Made by a program: the position numbers and the translations under genes. A stretch of 64,000 bases of DNA, taken from positions 269,116 to 333,115 of the IMG/VR virus record IMGVR_UViG_3300032242_000723; one strand, written 5' to 3'. Below, in pieces: positions 56,268 to 64,000 of the stretch (positions are counted from its first letter, which is position 1; the number at the start of each line of letters is the position of its first letter). The notes under the pieces were generated by a model, which searched no databases, was not told where the DNA came from, and was given only the letters and a program-made list of their open reading frames with translations.

Positions 56268-57458
56268 ATGTCGGGCTTTAATCAGAATTTATTTAATGAG
56301 ATTGCCGGAGCATTTGGTTCCGGCAATCCCTACCTTAGAGATTATCACCACGCCTCTAAAGTGTTTAGAACGAATAATTATCAGAGAGCACCTAAACTTA
56401 AATTTCTCTTTCATACTTATTTCGAAGTCAATACTGATGTTGCTGGTGCAAATTATGGCTTGCTCGTGAAAGAAGTAAAGCTTCCTACATATACCTTCAA
56501 CACTGTACAACTTAATCAATATAACAGAAAAAGAATTGTACAGACTAAAATCAAGTACGATCCTATTGATATCACGTTTCATGACGATAATGCAAGTCAG
56601 GCAACTCAGTTATGGGAACTTTACTATCAATATTATTACAGCGATTCTAAAAAACCAGGATCAGTTCTACAGGGTTCAAAAGGCAGCAAACAAGCAACCG
56701 GATCTGGTGACTACAATAGTAGAAATATATATTCCGGCGATAACATAAACGGCGACACATCTTGGGGCTTCCAAGGGGACAAAAAACCTCCCTTCTTCAA
56801 GAATATTACTGTATTCGGCATGCATCAACATGAATTTACGGCGTATACACTAATCAATCCTATAATCACTGGCTTTTCACATGACACCTATAACCATAGT
56901 GAAGGTGCCGGCACAATGACAAATCGTATGACAATTGATTATGAAACAGTGGTATATAACTATGGTAGCATAGATGGTAGAAATCCTCAAAACATAATCA
57001 CAGGATTCGGAGATATCGCTAACTATGACAGAGAGCTTAGTCCGATAGCAATGCCGGACTCAAATAAATTTGTATCAGGAAAAGGTGGTTTGATAGATGC
57101 AGCGGGAGGGTTCGTTCGCTCACTAGAAGAAGGAAACCCAGTAGGCGCAATCATGGCTGCGGGTGATATTTATAATACTTTTGCGAATCCAAATCTTAAG
57201 GTAGCAATTCCTGCTACATTAAATTCATTGTTAGTAACTGCTGGACAAAATGCCCCTACAAATCGTAATACTAGGTTTAATACACCAGTCGCTGCTGCAA
57301 GTCCGGGACCAAATGGATTACCGAACGGACTTCCGATTGATGCGTTGACTAAACCACCGAACCCTGTATTCACTACTCCTAATGCAGGTGATCAGTATGC
57401 AGGCCCGCCAGGAGTTTTCACTGGATTTCCTCCGGTACCTCCATTCCCTAGAAATTAA
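56268..57458 (+). CDS. tail-tube-fold/baseplate tube initiator-like protein
   Basis: VKLPTYTFNT..NQYNRKR..KYDPIDITFHDD; TAAATA at 56256. Confidence 0.6.
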   Translation: MSGFNQNLFNEIAGAFGSGNPYLRDYHHASKVFRTNNYQRAPKLKFLFHTYFEVNTDVAGANYGLLVKEVKLPTYTFNTVQLNQYNRKRIVQTKIKYDPIDITFHDDNASQATQLWELYYQYYYSDSKKPGSVLQGSKGSKQATGSGDYNSRNIYSGDNINGDTSWGFQGDKKPPFFKNITVFGMHQHEFTAYTLINPIITGFSHDTYNHSEGAGTMTNRMTIDYETVVYNYGSIDGRNPQNIITGFGDIANYDRELSPIAMPDSNKFVSGKGGLIDAAGGFVRSLEEGNPVGAIMAAGDIYNTFANPNLKVAIPATLNSLLVTAGQNAPTNRNTRFNTPVAAASPGPNGLPNGLPIDALTKPPNPVFTTPNAGDQYAGPPGVFTGFPPVPPFPRN

Positions 57459-57476
57459 TCTAAGATAAATAGTATC

Positions 57477-57833
57477 ATGGCAACTTCACAATACAATTCA
57501 GTAGACCAAACCGTAGCTATCTTTGATGGCTTTTACAACCTTAATCTCAACGTAAGTGCTACAGAATATGATGTAGTATATTCATACTTCAAAGGTGTGT
57601 CAGAAAATACCACTATTGCAGGAAACTTTACCGTAGTTCTGTTCAGAATTGCAAATGACGGTAACTATAATGTACTAGATTTACTAGCAATCATTAAAGG
57701 GCAATCCAACAAACTACAAATGAATAAAGTTCTTTGCTATTATCTGAACACCTTTAAGGCAAAAGCGTCATTATACGGTGTCAGTAACGTACCTAAACCA
57801 AATCAAGTAGTACAACGTAACGTAGTGCTATAA
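57477..57833 (+). CDS. hypothetical late protein
   Basis: TAAATA-gtatc-ATG. Confidence 0.7.
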   Translation: MATSQYNSVDQTVAIFDGFYNLNLNVSATEYDVVYSYFKGVSENTTIAGNFTVVLFRIANDGNYNVLDLLAIIKGQSNKLQMNKVLCYYLNTFKAKASLYGVSNVPKPNQVVQRNVVL

Positions 57834-57834
57834 A

Positions 57835-58269
57835 ATGGGTAAATGGGCACAAGGTTTCTACACCCCAAAGAATGCAGAAAAGTATATTGGTAAACGCACT
57901 CCTAGATATCGTTCTGGTTGGGAACTTACTTTCATGAACTTTTGTGATAACAATGACAATGTATTATATTGGGCCAGTGAATCTATGGTTGTTCCCTATC
58001 AGCATCCCTTTACCGGCAAACCAACTAACTATATCCCTGATTTCTTTGTAGTATACGAGAATAAGTCTGGCAAAAAGATTGCTGAAGTTGTTGAAATCAA
58101 ACCAAAGAAGCAAAGTCTAATAGAAAGTAGAGTTGCAACCGCAAAAGATAGAATGGTTGTAGCAATCAATCATGCTAAGTGGCGTGCAGCCACTGTATAT
58201 TGCAAAGCCCATGGTTTCGCCTTTCGCGTAATTACGGAAGATGACTTGTTCTACAATGGACGCAAGTAA
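57835..58269 (+). CDS. head completion nuclease (T4 gp4-like, TnsA-type fold)
   Basis: YRSGWELTFMNFCD, WASE, YIPDF, VEIKP, NHAKW. Confidence 0.85.
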   Translation: MGKWAQGFYTPKNAEKYIGKRTPRYRSGWELTFMNFCDNNDNVLYWASESMVVPYQHPFTGKPTNYIPDFFVVYENKSGKKIAEVVEIKPKKQSLIESRVATAKDRMVVAINHAKWRAATVYCKAHGFAFRVITEDDLFYNGRK

Positions 58270-58283
58270 AACTAAATACTTCT

Positions 58284-58769
58284 ATGAGCAAAAAATTAGA
58301 AGAACTTTTCGATATGGAATCCAGTGTGACAAACGATCTCACTATTCCATTGCCTAACTTTGAACAAGATGTAACAGAGACGGCACTTACAACACTAGAC
58401 AAGATTGAAGCAGCCTTACCACAAGTCAGGGGATTAGAAGCCGCTGACAATGAGATGGACGAACTTGCTATGCTTGCAACCAATAGTTACAAGGACCTAA
58501 TGGATCTTGGGCTGCAGGTTGAAGCACGATTCAGTTCTGAAATATTCAACTCAGCCAGTAGTATGCTTGGTCATGCTATCACTGCAAAGACAGCTAAGCT
58601 AAACGCCAAATTAAAGCGAATTGATATGCAGTTAAAAAAAGCACAACTAGATATGAAACTTGCTTCTAAAAGCGAAGAGATAGAGGCAATACAGATTGGC
58701 GAAGGCCAATCATTGGATCGCAATGAGTTACTTAAGATATTGATGAATAAAAATAATACAGATCAATGA
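58284..58769 (+). CDS. putative terminase small subunit
   Basis: All-helical 161 aa; DLMDLG..EIFNSASSML..KRIDMQLKK resembles the TerS pattern recalled for T4-like marine phages; TAAATA-cttct-ATG. Confidence 0.4.
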   Translation: MSKKLEELFDMESSVTNDLTIPLPNFEQDVTETALTTLDKIEAALPQVRGLEAADNEMDELAMLATNSYKDLMDLGLQVEARFSSEIFNSASSMLGHAITAKTAKLNAKLKRIDMQLKKAQLDMKLASKSEEIEAIQIGEGQSLDRNELLKILMNKNNTDQ

Positions 58770-58837
58770 TAAATAAAGATGTAGTTCACGAGACTGGCAT
58801 CTCCAACTACTCTAATGCTATAGAAGGAAACATCAGC

Positions 58838-59608
58838 ATGTGTATTTATTGTGGTACAAACAAGTACCGTAGAATCTATGAAAATCATTATGGTCCTATT
58901 CCAAAAGAAGAGAATGGTCGGGCATACGAAATACATCATATAGACAATAATCATTCAAACAATGTCCCGATAAACTTGAAATGCGTGAGTTTGCAAGAAC
59001 ATTATGACATTCATTATGCTCAAGGAGATTGGGGCGCCTGTTACAGAATGGCTAAAAGAATGTCTCTAGCTCCAAATGAGATTGCAGAGATAACTCGCCA
59101 AAATAATAAAAAAATGATAGAAGCAGGAACTCATCCCTTTATCGGTCCTAGCTTGAATAAAAGCAGACATGCAGCAGGAACTCATCCTTTGCAAAATCCA
59201 AAAAATATAGCAGCAGCTAAAGAAAGAGAACGAGTCCTCCTAACTGCTGGCACCCATCTGTTTTTAGATAAGCAATGGCAATCTGACAAGTGTAAAAAAG
59301 CAGTCATTAATGGAAACCATAACTTTTTAGGCGGTGAGATACAGAGACGAACTAGTACCCGTCGCAGTCAAGAAGGAACACATAATCTTTTACGAGATAA
59401 TGATCCTCGAATACAAGATAAATCACATCACTTTTTCGGCGGGGCCATACAACGAGCTTCTAATTTAAAAAGGTTGTCTGAGGGCACTCATCCTTCACAG
59501 AGAAAGATAACATGCGAACATTGTGAAAAATTAGTTAGCGTAGGTATGCACCAGCGATGGCACGGAAACAATTGTAAAAATAAAACAACAAAGATAAATA
59601 CTCAATAA
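58838..59608 (+). CDS. HNH homing endonuclease with GxH(P/N/L)(F/L) repeats
   Basis: YEIHHIDNNHSNNVPINLKCVSLQEHYDIH; repeats GTHPF/GTHPL/GTHLF/GNHNF/GTHNL; CEHC..HQRWHGNNC; ATG 58838 after AAGGA. Confidence 0.88.
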   Translation: MCIYCGTNKYRRIYENHYGPIPKEENGRAYEIHHIDNNHSNNVPINLKCVSLQEHYDIHYAQGDWGACYRMAKRMSLAPNEIAEITRQNNKKMIEAGTHPFIGPSLNKSRHAAGTHPLQNPKNIAAAKERERVLLTAGTHLFLDKQWQSDKCKKAVINGNHNFLGGEIQRRTSTRRSQEGTHNLLRDNDPRIQDKSHHFFGGAIQRASNLKRLSEGTHPSQRKITCEHCEKLVSVGMHQRWHGNNCKNKTTKINTQ

Positions 59609-59627
59609 TACATTAGAGGTCACCTTA

Positions 59628-60251
59628 ATGAAAAATCTAAGACACTATATTTCTGAGTCTGTACATACATACGATTACACGATCAAAATCGCTGGCGAAG
59701 TGGATAAGAACTTCCTAGACCTCTTTACCTATAACTTGAACAAGTTTGATCCTGTTGAGATTTCAGATCCAAAATCGCTTCCAATCCAAAAAGACCCATA
59801 TGGGTTCCCAAATCTTTCTAACGAGCCAGTGACGATCATCAAGGCGAAGTTTAGATATCCTACAAATGAGCCTATGATCCAGCAAATCGCTCAGCTCCTT
59901 GGATACAACATCAACATGGTTCGGGTTGTCAAGACATCGTATGATGACAGCATCAATACCGAAATGGACGAGTATGCTAATCAAATGAAGCACAGTCCAG
60001 TGTTGAATCACGAAGAGATGGAAGAAGAATCAGGTGCTAAGGCAGCAGCAAAAGCATATGGTGACTCATATCTATCTAGCATCAAAGATCAAGCAAAGGA
60101 TTCTAAGATTGATATTCCTTATGCTGGTAAGAAGACTCCAGACGCATTCGATCCATTCAAGCCGCAAGAGTACGCTAAATCAGACGGCAAAGACAGCCCA
60201 ATGAGCAAAATCACAAGACCTGCAAAGCCACAAACTGGTTCAAGAGGGTAA
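59628..60251 (+). CDS. putative head-associated protein
   Basis: MKNLRHYISE N-terminus, TAAATA upstream, GAGG RBS. Confidence 0.6.
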   Translation: MKNLRHYISESVHTYDYTIKIAGEVDKNFLDLFTYNLNKFDPVEISDPKSLPIQKDPYGFPNLSNEPVTIIKAKFRYPTNEPMIQQIAQLLGYNINMVRVVKTSYDDSINTEMDEYANQMKHSPVLNHEEMEEESGAKAAAKAYGDSYLSSIKDQAKDSKIDIPYAGKKTPDAFDPFKPQEYAKSDGKDSPMSKITRPAKPQTGSRG

Positions 60252-60264
60252 AAAGGAAATCAAC

Positions 60265-62568
60265 ATGAGCATGAAAAATCTACTAGAAAAAATGACCCAA
60301 TTGAGCAAAATCAATGAGACTCCTAAGCCACCTAAGAAGAAGGTTCTCAAAGAGTCAGCACAAGTTGCTCCTGCAAAACCTGCTTCATTGCGTGAGTTGT
60401 TCAATCAACTTGACGAAGCAATGGCACCAGGCCAGAAGCCACTTCCTGTTCTTGATCCACAAAACAAGCAAGCTGGCGCGGGCTTCGTGACAAGCACTAA
60501 CCCCGCTGTACAAAACATGTTGAAGAATCTTGATCCTAAAGATGTACAGATTGCAATGGCACCGGGTAAGCCTGGTCAAGCAATGGCTCCTACAGCAGCA
60601 GGTCATCCTAATCCAAATCAAATGGCTCCTACTGCGGGTGGCACTGGCCAAGCAATGCATGAAGATGAGCTTGATGAAAAATGGTCCGGCGATGCTGAAG
60701 TCAAGTCAACTGGCCAATATGCAGGTAAGTCAGTAGCAGAACTCAAGAGCGCACTTTCAAAGTTAAAGGCATCTGGTCCACATCATGAAGGTACTCCTGA
60801 AAACAAGCGTATGAAGCAACTTATGTTTGCTATTCGTGCTAAGAAGGATTGGAAGGGCGGCATCGAAGAAGGTGATCTACCATCTTCATCTGGTGTTGAC
60901 ACTCGCGGTGCTGGTTTAGGCGCTGGCCGTAGTCAGGCTACCTTTGAAAGTAAGGAAAGCAAAGATCATAAGTTTGAAGTTTGCTATACAACTACCTCTG
61001 ACAAAGAAGTAAAAACCACTATTACTGCTTCAAGTGTTAAAGAAGCAACTGCAAAGATTGAGAAGAAGCACAACTTCAAGTCTCTTGATTCTGTCAAGAA
61101 GGTCAAGGAAGAAAAAAAGGAAGTCAAAGAAGGCACTAAGGGTGTAAATCCTTTTGCTAAGAAAGACGACAAGGCTCCAGCTAAAGCACCAGCTAAAGGT
61201 AAGAAGCCAGACTTCTTAGACCTTGACAAAGACGGTGATAAGAAAGAACCAATGAAGAAGGCAGCAGCCGACAAGAAAAAGAAAACAGTGAAGGAAAGCA
61301 TGAGTCACAGAATGCAAGCGGCCCGCTTAGAGGGCAAAGCACATGGTCTTAAGGGCCACGCTCACAACGGTAAGCACTACGAAGACATGGAAGAAGCTCG
61401 TTGCTATCATGAAGGATACAAAGAAGGCCTTGATGAATGTCACGGTATGATGCCTGGTATGGGTCTTGTTGGTGAAGCTGGTATGCCAGCAACTACTCAT
61501 GGTATGGCATCACAAGCAATGCCTACTATGGAAGACGAGTTCATGGAAGACGAGATGGAAGAGGGCAATGCGTTCACCGCTGCTCTAGCAAAAGCACCAA
61601 AAGGTGGTAAGTTTAAGGTCGGCGGCAATACATTCACTGACACTAGCGGATACGATGCTCAACTTGACGAATATACATTTGAGTCACTTGATAGACAACT
61701 TGATGCATTACTCAACGAAGGCGTTTCAGTTTCTATCTCTAGAGGGCAAGAAAATGTACCTAACTCAGTAACGATCACTGCACAAGACGCAGAAGCCGAT
61801 GAACTACTATCACTTGTACGCAATGCAGGCATGGGCGGTATTTTTGGTGGTGACGAAGGTTCGGACGATTCATTCGGTATGCCTCACCCGCATGAGATGG
61901 GCGGAGCTTCTGAAATCAATGCTCCAGGACAGATTGAAGTCGTAGATGATCATGAAGGTATGCTTGCTCTTATGAAGAAACTATCAGGAGTCCAACCATC
62001 CGGTCCTGCTATTGAGTTTAGCAATGACGAAGAAGGTTCTGATGATTATGAATCTGAAGAAGGTTCTGATGATCACGAATCAGAAGAGTGCTCATCATGC
62101 GGTCACGCCGATTGTGATTGTGACGATGAGCAAGTTGACGAAATGGAAACTGACGAGCAAGAAGAATTTGAAGTTGCAGAAGATACAGGCGCTGATAATA
62201 CCAATGCTGATACTGCAGGACAAGTTGGTACTGATGAGGCATTAGCAAAAGCAGATGCGGGTGAAGATGAAGAAGAAGGTGAAGAAGACGAGTCTATTCA
62301 AGAATGCGGCATGTATGAAGATGACATGGAAGAGGAAGAAGACCTCACTGAATGGGCAAATGACGCAGGCGGAAACGGCACTGAGACTACATTTGAACAA
62401 GACATTGATTTTATGACACGAGTTATCTCGGGTGGATTGAACAAGCAAAAGTCAACTGGTCAAACTACTATCCCAGTTATTCCTGGTCAAAAGGATCGTA
62501 TGGGCTATTCAGCAGTCAACGAATCAATCAGCGACTGGGCTAAGTTAGCAGGTATTAAGAAGAACTAA
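60265..62568 (+). CDS. large acidic/basic modular protein, candidate prohead core/scaffold or internal polyprotein
   Basis: 767 aa with more than 12 (V/I/L/M)xE sites, DFLDLDKDGDKKE motif, D/E-rich tail. Confidence 0.6.
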   Translation: MSMKNLLEKMTQLSKINETPKPPKKKVLKESAQVAPAKPASLRELFNQLDEAMAPGQKPLPVLDPQNKQAGAGFVTSTNPAVQNMLKNLDPKDVQIAMAPGKPGQAMAPTAAGHPNPNQMAPTAGGTGQAMHEDELDEKWSGDAEVKSTGQYAGKSVAELKSALSKLKASGPHHEGTPENKRMKQLMFAIRAKKDWKGGIEEGDLPSSSGVDTRGAGLGAGRSQATFESKESKDHKFEVCYTTTSDKEVKTTITASSVKEATAKIEKKHNFKSLDSVKKVKEEKKEVKEGTKGVNPFAKKDDKAPAKAPAKGKKPDFLDLDKDGDKKEPMKKAAADKKKKTVKESMSHRMQAARLEGKAHGLKGHAHNGKHYEDMEEARCYHEGYKEGLDECHGMMPGMGLVGEAGMPATTHGMASQAMPTMEDEFMEDEMEEGNAFTAALAKAPKGGKFKVGGNTFTDTSGYDAQLDEYTFESLDRQLDALLNEGVSVSISRGQENVPNSVTITAQDAEADELLSLVRNAGMGGIFGGDEGSDDSFGMPHPHEMGGASEINAPGQIEVVDDHEGMLALMKKLSGVQPSGPAIEFSNDEEGSDDYESEEGSDDHESEECSSCGHADCDCDDEQVDEMETDEQEEFEVAEDTGADNTNADTAGQVGTDEALAKADAGEDEEEGEEDESIQECGMYEDDMEEEEDLTEWANDAGGNGTETTFEQDIDFMTRVISGGLNKQKSTGQTTIPVIPGQKDRMGYSAVNESISDWAKLAGIKKN

Positions 62569-62583
62569 TACTTGATAACATTC

Positions 62584-62616
62584 AAAATAGCCGGGCTAGT
62601 TCCCGGCTATTTTTTT
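62584..62616 (+). terminator. rho-independent terminator
   Basis: aaaatagccggg-ctagtt-cccggctatttt plus Ts. Confidence 0.9.
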
Positions 62617-62674
62617 GGTCAGTGTATATCAATCCAAAAAGATAAATACTATAACGACTAAGGGGTATTGATTA

Positions 62675-64000
62675 GTGAGCCAACAAAATATAGATTTCGG
62701 TACATTTCCAGATGATCCTAATGCAGACGCGATTAGAATTGCCTTTCAAAAAGTACAGGAAAACTTTAATCAACTGTTTGCAACTACGGGTGCCCAGGGA
62801 GTCCTTTCTGTAAATCGCACACCAGGTGCAGGTATAACTGTAAGTGCTCCAACCGGTAACGTCATCGTCACTGCCAATATTGCTTGTGTACAGTTCTCTA
62901 CTAGTACATTAAGTTTAGGTAGATCACCTACACAAGATCCCGTAGCACAAGATTCGTCAATCACTACTAGTGCTCAAACGATGTATATCAACTTACCTAC
63001 CACAATTTCTAACGTTGATACTATCAATCTTAACAATACTTTAATTGCCAACACAGTTAATGTTAACCTATCATTAAATGGTAATGTTGGCAACTTCACT
63101 GGTAATTTGACTGGTGCAAATCTAACTACAGGTGGTATCTTAACAGTTACTGGCAATGCAAATGTTGGTAATGTCAACGCTGGTAATGGTGCATTTACTT
63201 CAAATGTTTCAGTAACTGCAAACATCACTGCGGGCAATGTTTACGCTAACTCAGGTATAATAGGTGCAGCAACAGTAAATGCATCAGGCAATGTTGTCGC
63301 TGGTAACGTGTATGCCAATAGTGGCATCATTCAAGCATTATATCTAAAGGGTGATGGGTCAAACGTCACGAACGTAACGGCTACTGCTGGCAATGCAATT
63401 GTCAACGGTAACTCTAATGTATACATCCCTGTTGCAAACGGCAATATCAATATATCTTCTGCTGGTAATGCAAATATTGTAGTTGTAACTGGCACCGGTG
63501 TAAATGTAGCAGGTACGTTAAGATCAACTGGAAATGCAAACGTCGGTAATTTGGGAACTGCACAAGTTCTCGCATCTGCAAATATAACTGCTCCCCAAAT
63601 CATATCAAACATTGCGACTGGTACTGCCCCATTCGTTGTTACCTCTACCACTCAAGTAGCAAATCTAAATGTCGCTACTGCAGGAACTGCAGGTAGTGCG
63701 ACAACTGCTGGTACGGTGACTACTAACGCACAGCCTAACATCACTTCAGTCGGATCATTGTCTTCGCTAACTGTAACAGGTAACGCAAACGTCGGTAATG
63801 TAGGTACAGCACAACTGCTCGCATCAGCGAACATCACGTCACCGCAACTGATCTCTAATATTGCGACTGGTACTGCCCCATTCGTTGTTACCTCTACCAC
63901 TCAAGTAGCAAATCTAAATGTTGCTAATGCTGGCTTCGCGACGACATCGGGAAGTGCAACAACAGCAGGCACTGTAACAACTAATGCACAACCAAACATC
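62675..64000 (+). CDS. baseplate/fibre protein, runs off the window (absent from the ORF track)
   Basis: GTG 62675 after TAAATA and AAGGGG; MSQQNIDFGTFPDDPNADAIRIAFQKVQENF (gp9/10-like N-terminus); AGTVTTNAQPNITSVG modules. Confidence 0.75.
   Translation, partial: MSQQNIDFGTFPDDPNADAIRIAFQKVQENFNQLFATTGAQGVLSVNRTPGAGITVSAPTGNVIVTANIACVQFSTSTLSLGRSPTQDPVAQDSSITTSAQTMYINLPTTISNVDTINLNNTLIANTVNVNLSLNGNVGNFTGNLTGANLTTGGILTVTGNANVGNVNAGNGAFTSNVSVTANITAGNVYANSGIIGAATVNASGNVVAGNVYANSGIIQALYLKGDGSNVTNVTATAGNAIVNGNSNVYIPVANGNINISSAGNANIVVVTGTGVNVAGTLRSTGNANVGNLGTAQVLASANITAPQIISNIATGTAPFVVTSTTQVANLNVATAGTAGSATTAGTVTTNAQPNITSVGSLSSLTVTGNANVGNVGTAQLLASANITSPQLISNIATGTAPFVVTSTTQVANLNVANAGFATTSGSATTAGTVTTNAQPNI
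63611..63921 (+). repeat. 62-bp exact direct repeat (63611-63672 and 63860-63921), part of a 249-bp/83-aa module
   Basis: attgcgactggtactgccccattcgttgttacctctaccactcaagtagcaaatctaaatgt occurs twice. Confidence 0.9.

Noticed and set aside
57835-58269. TnsA-like endonuclease suggesting a Tn7 element
   Set aside because: Matches the T4 gp4 head-completion motif pattern in a virion gene cluster; no TnsB/C or terminal repeats.
1176-63900. Numerous antisense or alternate-frame ORFs in the track (e.g. 6134-6580, 15561-15968, 28217-28618, 44594-44983, 63331-63900)
   Set aside because: They are shadows of well-supported genes, with no RBS/promoter and compositions typical of reverse or shifted frames.
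1-64000. Alternative genetic code (stop-codon recoding, as in some large phages)
   Set aside because: Code 11 gives full-length, densely tiled genes; TAA, TAG and TGA all terminate well-defined genes.
1-64000. tRNA/rRNA genes, CRISPR arrays, reverse transcriptase/DGR
   Set aside because: Intergenic gaps are short and explained by promoters or terminators; no cloverleaf, array or YxDD RT motif was recognised by eye. A tRNAscan run is still advisable.

Overview
64 kb fragment of a large T4-like (contractile-tailed) dsDNA phage genome. It is densely coding, almost all on the + strand, uses the standard genetic code, and shows no tRNA, rRNA or CRISPR array. It contains nucleotide metabolism genes (DHFR, ThyA, dNMP kinase, MazG, Nudix), replication/recombination genes (gp32-like SSB, RecA/UvsX, UvsY, UvsW, primase, DnaB, exonucleases), TerL, neck proteins (gp13/14/15-like), tail sheath and tube, fibre-like proteins, a spanin pair, several HNH endonucleases and auxiliary genes (FabF, peptide deformylase, an epimerase plus DegT aminotransferase, methyltransferases). 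The most striking signals are: (i) a 193-aa protein carrying five ordered DnaE (Pol III alpha) core motifs; (ii) promoter-to-ATG spacing implying widespread leaderless mRNAs (early -10 + 6 nt + ATG; late TAAATA + 5 nt + ATG); (iii) proteins with T4 capsid-targeting-like N-termini and acidic proteins punctuated by prohead-protease-like sites; (iv) a dispersed early-promoter repeat, one copy of which supplies the stop codon of fabF; (v) a stand-alone protein with a possibly degenerate Hint fold. All calls come from motif recognition by eye; no database search was run.
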